From: Neoechinorhynchus agilis
Taxonomy: Eukaryota > Animalia > Acanthocephala
Reading direction: 5' to 3'
Assembly (NCBI GenBank): GCA_051530055.1
Contig: CM121341.1
Coordinates: 14,734,784 to 14,798,783 of the forward strand
Length of the DNA: 64,000 nt
The notes under the pieces are model-generated. The model saw only the letters and a list, made by a program, of their open reading frames with translations, searched no databases and was not told the DNA's origin. Of the stretch, positions 1 through 11,682 are shown piece by piece. The first letter of the stretch is position 1; each line of letters begins with the position of its first letter. The translations under genes were made by a program, and so were the position numbers.

Positions 1-569
1 GTGATTGTATAAGGTCTAAAGACTATCGAGATCGATGTTCTAGTTAGAGAACACGTCCGCCAACAGACGCTTAAGTAGATTATATCATATAGATTTTCGG
101 GCAATAATTAGGGTACACTTGAGAAAAATTATAGATGTTTTATGCTTGATTTTCAAAGGTCATGAAATTTTAGCATCATTTTTAAAAAGTATTGATTTCT
201 CCCACGTTTATTGGCTAGAAACGATAAACAGTTTCGAATACGACAGATCTTTCAGTTATAAAAGTATAAAACGAAAAAAATTCAAGTTAATCGATTCAAC
301 AATATGTCGCACTATCAATCTCAAAGCATCCATCTACTGAGACGTCATCATCAACCAAATATTGCAAAACATCTCCTGCAGCATTATTCTTTCGTATCTG
401 TGTGTCATTAGAGCTGCTTTTAATAGCTAGATTGTTTCGACGCGTTTTACGATCACATTTAGAACGGTGATGTAGCGTTGTTGTTGAAGGTGATTTATTA
501 GTCGTTTAGAAAACTATTAAGGAATTCAATTTAGTGTTTGTAAAAACTTCGACAATAATTCCTCACACG

Positions 570-730
570 TCACCCATCACATTCAACTGGACTTATCGGA
601 AGCATTCGACTTCGTGTACCATTCACTCCTTCAAAAGTTACTTAAGTTGCCCCATTGCTCTCCAAGCTATAGCTCTCTGTCGGCTGACATCCGCACTCAC
701 CTCAGGAACGACAGCTCCCAGATAGACATA
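570..730 (+). mobile_element. Degenerate CR1/L2-type LINE reverse transcriptase fragment
   Basis: Reads HHIQLDLSEAFDFVYHSLLQKL, the LDLSKAFDxVxHxxLLxKL RT motif; the same HHIQLDL text recurs at ~34330. Confidence 0.65.
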
Positions 731-748
731 CCGCTCTATCTGTTTTAA

Positions 749-1138
749 TTACTCAACGTCATTCGGCTCTTCGCCAGAGACTGTATGCGCGACATGAGGA
801 ATCGTCAAGAATTCCGTCTTTTCCGAGTTGATGGTCAGACCAATCATACTCGCCCTCTCGCACAGTCTATTTAGCATGCGTTGAGCTCCTTCGACTGTTG
901 AGGACATCAATACGATGTGGTCGGCATATGCCATGTAGGAGGCGCGTATCTCAGGATACCTGCGACCTCTTTTCCTCAACAGAAGAAATCCATCTTCATC
1001 ATTCGGTAGTGCCCATCTCATTACCCAATCAAGCACCAAGATGAAGAGGAAAAAAGCCAATGTGTCGCCCTGCAGAACAACTGAAGCGGTGGAAAAGTAT
1101 CTGAAAGCAGAGGACCTATTCCGTCGCCAATAATACAT
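749..1138 (-). mobile_element. RTE-like non-LTR retrotransposon RT fragment (decayed)
   Basis: VLQGDTLAFFLFILVLDWVMR, AYADHIVLMS (YADD decayed to YADH) and GLTINSEKTE motifs of RT domains 4-7. Confidence 0.8.
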
Positions 1139-1189
1139 TCAATGTCGGGTTACCTCCTCGATCAGAATATTCCTCGAGTTGCTGCTCGA

Positions 1190-1642
1190 TATTTTTCTAA
1201 ACGAACTTTAGCCTCTTCTCTAACTTTGCCGACGATCTCCCCCTCATTATAAAATCACCACCCCACGTCTCCCTCTCCTCAACATCTAACGAAATTATCC
1301 ACATGAAAGATTTCTGCAACAATCACAAAGTCCACTTGAATTTCTCTAAATGCTTCGAAATGATCCCTTCATTCTCCCGCAACTCCACACTCTCCCCCTA
1401 GCTTATTCTGGGTCTCCGATTTCAATCAAACCTGAAATGGGACCCGCACATTACCCTCTCCCTCACACGCAATACTTTTGTAGTTTACCTCATCAAACGC
1501 CTCCGACATTTAGGAATCTTTTCACCCGATCTCTCCAAATTTTACTATAGCTTTATTTTAACCTCCCTCAACTGCGGTTATCCCGTAAAATTCCTCGCCT
1601 TGAAATGTTTCATTAAAGAGCATCTCAAATTTGCACACTATA
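1190..1642 (+). mobile_element. Highly decayed Penelope-like RT/thumb remnant, interrupted by the Tc1 element
   Basis: Frameshifted pieces FADD, YFCSLPHQ..LFTRSLQI and LNCGYPVKF resemble the PLE thumb motif (SxHP...LxxRA...NGYP). Confidence 0.4.
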
Positions 1643-2291
1643 CAGGGTGTAACACACCCATAGTACCCCCCCTCCACAAGGAAAACTATAACAGATATTC
1701 TGATGCGGCTTTCAGGGTTTGAAGGCTTATTTCAATACGCTTCTAACGATATATAACTTTGCCCACATTTGGCTGCATTCGACAGCGAGGAAGCGCGGCA
1801 CGCTGACCGTATCCGTGCCATCACGTCCCGGGAGGCCCGCGATGCCGGCGCCAAGTTCATCACTCGCCCCTGGGTGGCCAAGCGCATCAATCGCAGTGAA
1901 CAGTTCGTGAAGTGCAACTGGAATGGCGATGTGTACAACTGTGGAATGATTCAGAACTCTGTACTCGGCAGGCGCACCCTGTCCGACCAGTCGAAGGCGA
2001 TCATCAAGCGGGAGGTGGGAAAGCAGCGTCGCAGCTTCCGCGGGGTGACAAAGCTGCTCGAGAGAGAGCGCGGCAAGGTGCGATCTCACATGACGATTCA
2101 CCGGTAACTCCGTCGGATGGGGCTGAAGCCCTTTCATGTAATCCGCAAACCTCTGCTCCCTGAGGATGCCCGGGAGAACAGACGTTGGTTCGCCAACTCC
2201 TGAAATAAGCTTTCAAACCCTGAAAACCGCATCAGAATATCTGTTATAGTTTTCCTTGTGGAGAGGGCTACTAAGGGTGTGCTACACCCTG
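1643..2291 (+). mobile_element. Internally deleted Tc1/mariner-superfamily DNA transposon (649 bp)
   Basis: ~91-bp imperfect TIRs (1643-1734 / 2201-2291) starting CAGGGTG, TA on both sides (1641-42, 2292-93). Encodes an N-terminal HTH-type transposase part (1769-2200, one in-frame TAA; ...HR*LRRMGLKPFHVIRKPLL) and no DDE domain. Confidence 0.9.
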
Positions 2292-2829
2292 TATTTCCCC
2301 CGCTTACCGAAAGCCTAAAAGATTTTCATCGGACATTCAAAACGCCTCTCAACCCTACCACCACAATTTTTTAACATTTTTCCCCTTTTAACACGAGCAC
2401 AACGCTCGTAATCCTAATTCGTTTCATCCTCCTATGCCCCGCACCTTCCTTTACCTACGCTCCTTTTTACCTGCTGCCCAATCCTTTCGGTATCAATACT
2501 CCGAACAAACTCCCCTACAAACAATAACCACCAATTTTCCCACCAAACCTGACCCGTAGTTCACTCCAAAGTAAATAATAACATCCATTTAATATGGTTC
2601 GAGTGTACATGAGGGCCCAAAGGTGCATGGTTCTTTTTTTAAGTAAAACGTTTTATTATTAATCTTACCTATTAGTTTTTTATATTAATTCCACAATTTT
2701 AATTGTTGTCTTGGATTATTATCGTCGGGGGAAAACATATTTCATTTTGGCAGCTATAACCCCCACGAATTTCAATTGAATAATTTATTACCGATATTTC
2801 ACGACTGATAACTGCGATATGAAGAAGGG

Positions 2830-3260
2830 TTGTCATCCAAAATACAAACATCATGGTGTTATCCCGTAGACCAGATAGGCTCGGGTAGCGAATAATCCAA
2901 CAATTTACGTGATATGCACAACCTGGACAAGAATACCATTTTGTATAATACCCTTGCAGATATCCTTAAAAAATAAGCCAAAATATGAGCAACATGAAGT
3001 GGTATATGAGGTCCACTGCAAAGACTGCCCAGCCGAATATGTGCGACAAACCATACCGGGACTCAGCAAACTGATCTCACAGTACAGATATGCAAGTAGG
3101 TGTTATAATGCTTCCTCAGCTTTATTAAATAATGCGGCGAATTGTGGACATCAAATTGATTATGCTGACGCGAATGTGTTACGAGAGCACAACAACATTC
3201 ACGAAATTGCTTCTTAATGCAAGCTATTGAAATAGGCTCCTCAGTTCACCCGATGCATCA
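2830..3260 (+). mobile_element. Penelope-like GIY-YIG endonuclease remnant
   Basis: VVYEVHCKDCPAEYVRQT matches the PLE GVVYxIxCxxCxxxYIGQT motif; followed by GHQIDYADANVL. Confidence 0.7.
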
Positions 3261-3635
3261 GTTTAAAATTGTTATTGAAAAACAGTGGTATTTCTCCTTA
3301 GAGGTTCTGGCGGACTTAGGGTTCAGTAACATGGATTTGGCGCGTCCGTTACCCGATCCTTTCTAGTCTACAGAATAACACCATGATGTTTGTGTTTGAA
3401 ATGGCAAACATTGATAATATTGGTAATAAATAACTCAGCAAAGGGAAGAATTTTGTCCGTTACCCCAATTGTGAGCAAGGGTTTATAGGTTTAAGCTTAT
3501 TTTCCGGAGACTTCGATAAAAAATTAGGATTTTAAGATAAAGGATCGACACACTTTAAACGTTCAGCGTACTCAATACAATCTATGTTCATATATGTTCA
3601 TTTTTGACCAACACAAATTCATTTTTGACCGCGTT

Positions 3636-5982
3636 CTAGCCGTTTTCGAGTTTATAAAGTATATGTTCGTCTTTGAGATGATCCTCTGTTAAAACTGCGT
3701 TTCCCATAATATGCGGATCAGGTTGTGCTATTTCTCTAAGCCACCGTTTCGCTATCATCTTCGCTTCATTTGTACTGAGATTGACGTGTTGAAGACTTAG
3801 CTTTTCTAAAATCCATCGTGGCAATTTGTTTCGTTTGTCGCTTCTCATAAATCGCGAATCGGCAAAAACCATAAGACCGTAATCGAATTTGTTCCTCATC
3901 ACACGCCCCGCACATTGAGCAGCGTGTCGCATCGCATCAAATGTCAGAAATTCGTTTTCCGATATGTTGAACTGTTCTCGGATGTACTGAAGTCTGCAAT
4001 GAAGGGAAGTACTTTTTGTGAACTGAAATGGCATTCCAATCATGATCGCACATCGTCCGAAATGATTGTCGAAATCGACACCTTCCGCTACTCGTCCACG
4101 AGCCACACAAAAAAACAGCGCTCCGCGACCGACTGAACACGCTCGCCTATAGTTGTGAAGTGCGAGAGCCGTCTCCCTTCCATCCGAATCACTTTCGACG
4201 AATATGAGTTTCTCAGTCAGAATTCGTGATATTATGTCGGATTTTGTCCAACTGGTCAGCATTTGTTCCATTAAACGGTAGCTTGTGAAGAAGCATACAA
4301 TTCCATCGGGAACTGTTTCGCATAATGCACCAATTTTCACTTTTTAGATCCCGTCTAAGTCAAAACTGGCGTCATAATTCAGCCACCAACACTCCGTATT
4401 GATAGGTGACCAACGGATCATCTCTCGATTCAAATTTACACGTCAAACTTGAACCGGCGTCGAAAATTTCATCCGAAGGTCGAGTAATGATCAAAGGGCA
4501 AATACTTCTGCGCGAAATCGTGGCCGGAAACGAATTTACGAGAACTGGCTGAAAATGGAGTAGCCGGACGTACGTTGATATGGGACTTAAAGTACCCGAC
4601 GTTATCGTGACACTCCTGAAATTATTTAGAACTGGTTCCATCGCTATGGAAGGATCGAGACATAACAACGTAACAAACTTGCTCATTTGCTTGTTTTTCT
4701 TTTCCGCAGCGATTTCCACAATCACATTGAAGCCTCGCTCGTACTTGGACGCTAGACTACCGAACGAGACCACCTGAAACAAGGATTTATATTCGTGAAT
4801 ATCTTCTACTTGGCATTCATTAATGAGATCCCGAAGCCTTTCTGCACATTTTCGAAGTGCTTTTGGGTCAATAATCGCCTTATGAAGAGCATCATTCAAA
4901 AATGAAGGAGAGCTCTCGGCCATATCGTGATTGATTCGTAGTCTCGTTCTCAAATATCCAATGAATCGGCGCATAAACAGAATGAAATGCGATTTGGTCT
5001 TTATGAATCTTTTGACTCCCTTCATTTCAAACGCGCCTTTTTCTCCTTCAGCAGCGCCGGCATTCACGAACGAAGGCATCACAAGTCTGAATTGAGTGCA
5101 AAGATCAAGCATTTTATTTCCGTCAACTTCGATTGTCGATTTCGATTCCAATTCGTTAAGATTATTGGTAGCTTTATCTAAAGTCACTTCATTGATTCTT
5201 ACAGTCAACGAATCCATACAGAAATCGTCTATATTGTGAGCTTCATCGAGGATCAAAATGGCTCGTGAACCGAAAATTTCGTCGTTTCCCAATACTGTTT
5301 GTCTGACCTTCCAATCGAACACATAAGCGTAAGTCAGACCGATAAAATGGGCGTAAGAAACTGCTTGACGGGCAGTAAAGTACGGACATATACCACGGGA
5401 CGCTGAGAATGTTTTTAGAGATTCAAAATCGTAGACCCCAGTAGTCAAGAGTCCAAGGTCTTCATCTGCTTTGAGAGTATTGTAGAACCCGCAACCGCCT
5501 TCATTCGCCCAAGGCGATGTCATTTGAAAACAAAATGAATCCGCAAGATCCTCAATATCTACGGGACGTTCTGGATGAATACAAAGGGATTTTCTCGAGC
5601 ACAACGACATTGCAATGAATTTCGCGGCTTGCAGATCGTACAAACGAGGTAAATCTTTATCTGCTTCAATGTACTCAATAAGACGTTTAAGTTCCGCCAT
5701 CATCTTATCTACCTCTGCATTGGTTCGGGAACAATAAACAATACGACTGTAGGTGGGAATTTCGTCGGATAAAAGATCGAAATTCTCTCGTTTTTGATTT
5801 AACAAATAGCACACTGTTACGGAAAGGAGACAAATGGTTTTTCCGGTACCACTTGGCATTTCTAGAACACAATGACCTCTTGCGTCCAGAGCTTTTTTAA
5901 GATCCGACATGTACATGTATTGTTCGGGATAAATCTGGTTGAATGGAAAATAGACAACCAAGTCATCGAACCGGATCTTCAT
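3636..5982 (-). CDS. ERCC2: TFIIH 5'-3' DNA helicase XPD/Rad3, copy 1 (~764 aa if 4323-4374 is removed)
   Basis: EMPSGTGKT (motif I), YCSRT, Fe-S cysteines (SRKSLCIHP, CPYF), DEAH box, TSGTLSP, VPDGIVCFFTSY, RGRVAEGVDF, AQCAGRVMR. Two ORFs joined by removing a 52-nt insert give ...YGVLVAEL|CETVPDG. Confidence 0.95.
4323..4374 (-). other. Candidate non-canonical hairpin intron in XPD copy 1 (52 nt)
   Basis: ATTATG direct repeat at both ends, imperfect hairpin, in-frame TGA and frameshift; no GT-AG at the restoring register. Confidence 0.75.
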
Positions 5983-6953
5983 GGCGGTTTTGGCAAATCT
6001 AAAAAACTGAAACGTGAGTTGATTTTAATCTAAAGTGAAAAAATCAGTCAAACTTCAAAAAAAAGGAACGGTCTAAAGCTACAAAATCGGACACAACCAT
6101 TCTTGATCTTAGGATTTTCTCAGCAATGGGTCCAATAGTGTTTACGACTACCCCTATTTTCATATCAATCAGACCATGGTCCGTATTGGCAAATACGCCC
6201 CTCGTGATGGAGGTGATCGAGAGATTATTCGCGATTTGTTGTGCAATGCCAAGCCTGGAAGAATCAATTATTTATTTGGTATACATTTTATCCAGGTTGC
6301 ATTCTGATTTGCCACCAATGGTCGTCTAATTGCAAGGTTGGCTTGTTCCAACAACAACTCAAAAGGTAAATAACATGTTTAAATCAATTATTTATGTGTG
6401 ATCGCACCTGATTTCGGTGACTTGGTCTTAGTAATTATTTTAATACAGAAACTAACCGAATTTGTTTTAATTAAATTTTTATATTATAAAATCTCAATGC
6501 CATATGCAACTAGTATGTTTTGCATAAAGTTGAACGATTTCCAATGCCGAAACTATATTCGAATAAAAAATTTAAGCGCAGTTTTCTAATAAATTTTATT
6601 GTCTAATCGAAATGGCGCGGTATTTTTAACGCTGAAATTACAAATTTATAATTCTACGAATAAAAATCATTTACAACCTTGATAACGGCATAGGATTGTG
6701 CCGAAATATTGGAACCAAGGAATTCTTTTAATTTTACGCCAGATACAAACATGAACAATTCAATCTTCAAACACTTCCTTTTAATTCTTTGAAGTTTGGC
6801 CAGCCGGTAACTTTTATTCAGTATCTATGTGTGACCTCGCGACTGATAAATTTCCTTAGGTTCACTGCCCACCGATCTGGTGCAGGGAAGCGCATAAAAT
6901 CACATTTAATACCCTGAACCATCATGCGCTCATTGGTTTGCACACTCCTGCTA

Positions 6954-7103
6954 CACCTTCACCGGATTTAAATTAACTAATTTCCGATATTTCATTTCTT
7001 ATAATTACGACATTTTCCCAGGGTTTGTCATTTTTTAAGTATTCTATTCGAACTCCGACGTGAAATATGGGTAATCAATAAGTCAATTTAAATCCAGTGA
7101 GGG
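6954..7103. mobile_element. TA-flanked MITE (family shared with 16843-17027)
   Basis: Ends CACCTTCACCGGATTTAAATT ... AATTTAAATCCAGTGAGGG, TA on both sides; internal GATATTTCA/TGAAATAT arms. Confidence 0.65.
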
Positions 7104-7348
7104 TACTCTAATAAAAACGAAGAATATTAATGGGTTATTATTATTATTATTATTCTATAAAAATAGTTTTAAGGAATTTATTGCGTTTCAACGCTACAAT
7201 TCAAAATTAATCAGTTTCATTAACGCGTGTGCTAGTATCGAAACCATCGTTTTCGGAGGAACTCATTATCGATTTAATTTTGAAAAAGCAATCGGCATAA
7301 ATAACTCCGTTTACTGTTCGCTCTCTCTCGTTTTATGATTGGTGCTCT

Positions 7349-7643
7349 TTAAACGACAGGGCCTTGTGTTGTAGTTTGAATTTCAATGTTTTTTCCCGGT
7401 GACGTTTGTTGTTCTTGTTCGGAATCCTTATACGACGATTGTTGTTTTTCTTTATTAAGAATTGAGAATTTGCATTTGTTCATGCCATCGATGGCAGACA
7501 GTAGGCAGATTATGGTAGTGACAAAACCGGTCAGAATGGACCATACGAGGATTCCATTAGAATCAGCTCGGATCATGCAATTTATGAACTTTTCCGATTC
7601 AGATTGCATGATTCCTTGGACGTACGATTCGCTGGTCAATGCT
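7349..7643 (-). pseudogene. Orphan 3' part of the synaptophysin-like gene created by the tandem duplication
   Basis: Identical to 11683-11977; truncated at the duplication junction, with no upstream coding part. Confidence 0.85.
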
Positions 7644-7969
7644 CTGGATTTGGCGCGTCCGTTACCCGATCCTTTCTAGTCTACAGAATAACACCATGAT
7701 GTTTGTGTTTGAAATGGCAAACATTGATAATATTGGTAATAAATAACTCAGCAAAGGGAAGAATTTTGTCCGTTACCCCAATTGTGAGCAAGGGTTTATA
7801 GGTTTAAGCTTATTTTCCGGAGACTTCGATAAAAAATTAGGATTTTAAGATAAAGGATCGACACACTTTAAACGTTCAGCGTACTCAATACAATCTATGT
7901 TCATATATGTTCATTTTTGACCAACACAAATTCATTTTTGACCAACACAAATTCATTTTTGACCGCGTT

Positions 7970-10316
7970 CTAGCCGTTTTCGAGTTTATAAAGTATATGT
8001 TCGTCTTTGAGATTATCCTCTGTTAAAACTGCGTTTCCCATAATATCCGGATCAGGTTGTGCTATTTCTCTAAGCCACCGTTTAGCTATCATCTTCGCTT
8101 CATTTGTACTGAGATTGACGTGTTGAAGACTTAGCTTTTCTAAAATCCATCGTGGCAATTTGTTTCGTTTGTCGCTTCTCATAAATCGCGAATCGGCAAA
8201 AACCATAAGACCGTAATCGAATTTGTTCCTCATCACACGCCCCGCACATTGAGCAGCGTGTCGCATCGCATCAAATGTCAGAAATTCGTTTTCCGATATG
8301 TTGAACTGTTCTCGGATGTACTGAAGTCTGCAATGAAGGGAAGTACTTTTTGTGAACTGAAATGGCATTCCAATCATGATCGCACATCGTCCGAAATGAT
8401 TGTCGAAATCGACACCTTCCGCTACTCGTCCACGAGCCACACAAAAAAACAGCGCTCCGCGACCGACTGAACACGCTCGCCTATAGTTGTGAAGTGCGAG
8501 AGCCGTCTCCCTTCCATCCGAATCACTTTCGACGAATATGAGTTTCTCAGTCAGAATTCGTGATATTATGTCGGATTTTGTCCAACTGGTCAGCATTTGT
8601 TCCATTAAACGGTAGCTTGTGAAGAAGCATACAATTCCATCGGGAACTGTTTCGCATAATGCACCAATTTTCACTTTTTAGATCCCGTCTAAGTCAAAAC
8701 TGGCGTCATAATTCAGCCACCAACACTCCGTATTGATAGGTGACCAACGGATCATCTCTCGATTCAAATTTACACGTCAAACTTGAACCGGCGTCGAAAA
8801 TTTCATCCGAAGGTCGAGTAATGATCAAAGGGCAAATACTTCTGCGCGAAATCGTGGCCGGAAACGAATTTACGAGAACTGGCTGAAAATGGAGTAGCCG
8901 GACGTACGTTGATATGGGACTTAAAGTACCCGACGTTATCGTGACACTCCTGAAATTATTTAGAACTGGTTCCATCGCTATGGAAGGATCGAGACATAAC
9001 AACGTAACAAACTTGCTCATTTGCTTGTTTTTCTTTTCCGCAGCGATTTCCACAATCACATTGAAGCCTCGCTCGTACTTGGACGCTAGACTACCGAACG
9101 AGACCACCTGAAACAAGGATTTATATTCGTGAATATCTTCTACTTGGCATTCATTAATGAGATCCCGAAGCCTATCCGCGCATTTTCGAAGTGCTTTTGG
9201 GTCAATAATCGCCTTATGAAGAGCATCATTCAAAAATGAAGGAGAGCTCTCGGCCATATCGTGATTGATTCGTAGTCTCGTTCTCAAATATCCAATGAAT
9301 CGGCGCATAAACAGAATGAAATGCGATTTGGTCTTTATGAATCTTTTGACTCCCTTCATTTCAAACGCGCCTTTTTCTCCTTCAGCAGCGCCGGCATTCA
9401 CGAACGAAGGCATCACAAGTCTGAATTGAGTGCAAAGATCAAGCATTTTATTTCCGTCAACTTCGATTGTCGATTTCGATTCCAATTCGTTAAGATTATT
9501 GGTAGCTTTATCTAAAGTCACTTCATTGATTCTTACAGTCAACGAATCCATACAGAAATCATCTATATTGTGAGCTTCATCGAGGATCAAAATGGCTCGT
9601 GAACCGAAAATTTCGTCGTTTCCCAATACTGTTTGTCTGACCTTCCAATCGAACACATAAGCGTAAGTCAGACCGATAAAATGGGCGTAAGAAACTGCTT
9701 GGCGGGCAGTAAAGTACGGACATATACCACGGGACGCTGAGAATGTTTTTAGAGATTCAAAATCGTAGACCCCAGTAGTCAAGAGTCCAAGGTCTTCATC
9801 TGCTTTGAGAGTATTGTAGAACCCGCAACCGCCTTCATTCGCCCAAGGCGATGTCATTTGAAAACAAAATGAATCCGCAAGGTCCTCAATATCTACGGGA
9901 CGTTCTGGATGAATACAAAGGGATTTTCTCGAGCACAACGACATTGCAATGAATTTCGCGGCTTGCAGATCGTACAAACGAGGTAAATCTTTATCTGCTT
10001 CAATGTACTCAATAAGACGTTTAAGTTCCGCCATCATCTTATCTACCTCTGCATTGGTTCGGGAACAATAAACAATACGACTGTAGGTGGGAATTTCGTC
10101 GGATAAAAGATCGAAATTCTCTCGTTTTTGATTTAACAAATAGCACACTGTTACGGAAAGGAGACAAATGGTTTTTCCGGTACCACTTGGCATTTCTAGA
10201 ACACAATGACCTCTTGCGTCCAGAGCTTTTTTAAGATCCGACATGTACATGTATTGTTCGGGATAAATCTGGTTGAATGGAAAATAGACAACCAAGTCAT
10301 CGAACCGGATCTTCAT
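7970..10316 (-). CDS. ERCC2: TFIIH helicase XPD/Rad3, copy 2
   Basis: Same motifs as copy 1 with three visible amino-acid differences; same 52-nt insert at 8657-8708. Confidence 0.95.
8657..8708 (-). other. Candidate non-canonical hairpin intron in XPD copy 2 (52 nt)
   Basis: Identical to 4323-4374. Confidence 0.75.
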
Positions 10317-11287
10317 GGCGGTTTTGGCAAATCTAAAAAACTGAAACGTGAGTTGATTTTAATCTAAAGTGAAAAAATCAGTCAAACTTCAAAAAAAAGG
10401 AACGGTCTAAAGCTACAAAATCGGACACAACCATTCTTGATCTTAGGATTTTCTCAGCAATGGGTCCAATAGTGTTTACGATTACCCCTATTTTCATATC
10501 AATCAGACCATGGTCCGTATTGGCAAATACGCCCCTCGTGATGGAGGTGATCGAGAGATTATTCGCGATTTGTTGTGCAATGCCAAGCCTGGAAGAATCA
10601 ATTATTTATTTGGTATACATTTTATCCAGGTTGCATTCTGATTTGCCACCAATGGTCGTCTAATTGCAAGGTTGGCTTGTTCCAACAACAACTCAAAAGG
10701 TAAATAACATGTTTAAATCAATTATTTATATGTGATCGCACCTGATTTCGGTGACTTGGTCTTAGTAATTATTTTAATACAGAAACTAACCGAATTTGTT
10801 TTAATTAAATTTTTATATTATAAAATCTCAATGCCATATGCAACTAGTATGTTTTGCATAAAGTTGATCGATTTCCAATGCCGAAACTATATTCGAATAA
10901 AAAATTTAAGCGCAGTTTTCTAATAAATTTTATTGTCTAATCGAAATGGCGCGGTATTTTTAACGCTGAAATTACAAATTTATAATTCTACGAATAAAAA
11001 TCATTTACAACCTTGATAACGGCATATGATTGTGCCGAAATATTGGAACCAAGGAATTCTTTTAATTTTACGCCAGATACAAACATGAACAATTCAATCT
11101 TCAAACACTTCCTTTTAATTCTTTGAAGTTTGGCCAGCCGGTAACTTTTATTCAGTATCTATGTGTGACCTCGCGACTGATAAATTTCCTTAGGTTCACT
11201 GCCCACCGATCTGGTGCAGGGAAGCGCATAAAATCACATTTAATACCCTGAACCATCATGCGCTCATTGGTTTGCACACTCCTGCTA

Positions 11288-11437
11288 CACCTTCACCGGA
11301 TTTAAATTAACTAATTTCCGATATTTCATTTCTTATAATTACGACATTTTCCCAGGGTTTGTCATTTTTTAAGTATTCTATTCGAACTCCGACGTGAAAT
11401 ATGGGTAATCAATAAGTCAATTTAAATCCAGTGAGGG
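11288..11437. mobile_element. TA-flanked MITE, duplicated copy of 6954-7103
   Basis: Inside duplication unit 2 at offset 4334. Confidence 0.65.
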
Positions 11438-11682
11438 TACTCTAATAAAAACGAAGAATAGTAATGGGTTATTATTATTATTATTATTCTATAAAAATAG
11501 TTTTAAGGAATTTATTGCGTTTCAACGCTACAATTCAAAATTAATCAGTTTCATTAACGCGTGTGCTAGTATCGAAACCATCGTTTTCGGAGGAACTCAT
11601 TATCGATTTAATTTTGAAAAAGCAATCGGCATAAATAACTCCGTTTACTGTTCGCTCTCTCTCGTTTTATGATTGGTGCTCT

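Noticed and set aside
119-340. Short ORFs of 60-130 aa in AT-rich spacers or antisense to real genes (e.g. 119-340, 3915-4136, 17013-17366, 33001-33240)
   Set aside because: No motifs, low-complexity K/F/I/L composition, or shadows of opposite-strand genes.
6110-6390. Minus-strand piece resembling an SDR N-terminus (SSRLGIAQQIA..IGVVVNTIG) and the plus-strand 67-aa ORF
   Set aside because: No GxxxGxG motif, wrong spacing, stop immediately upstream, no further exons found.
6820-6950. GC-richer island that might be an snRNA or SL RNA
   Set aside because: No U1/U2/U4/U5/U6 signature, Sm site context or C/D boxes recognised.
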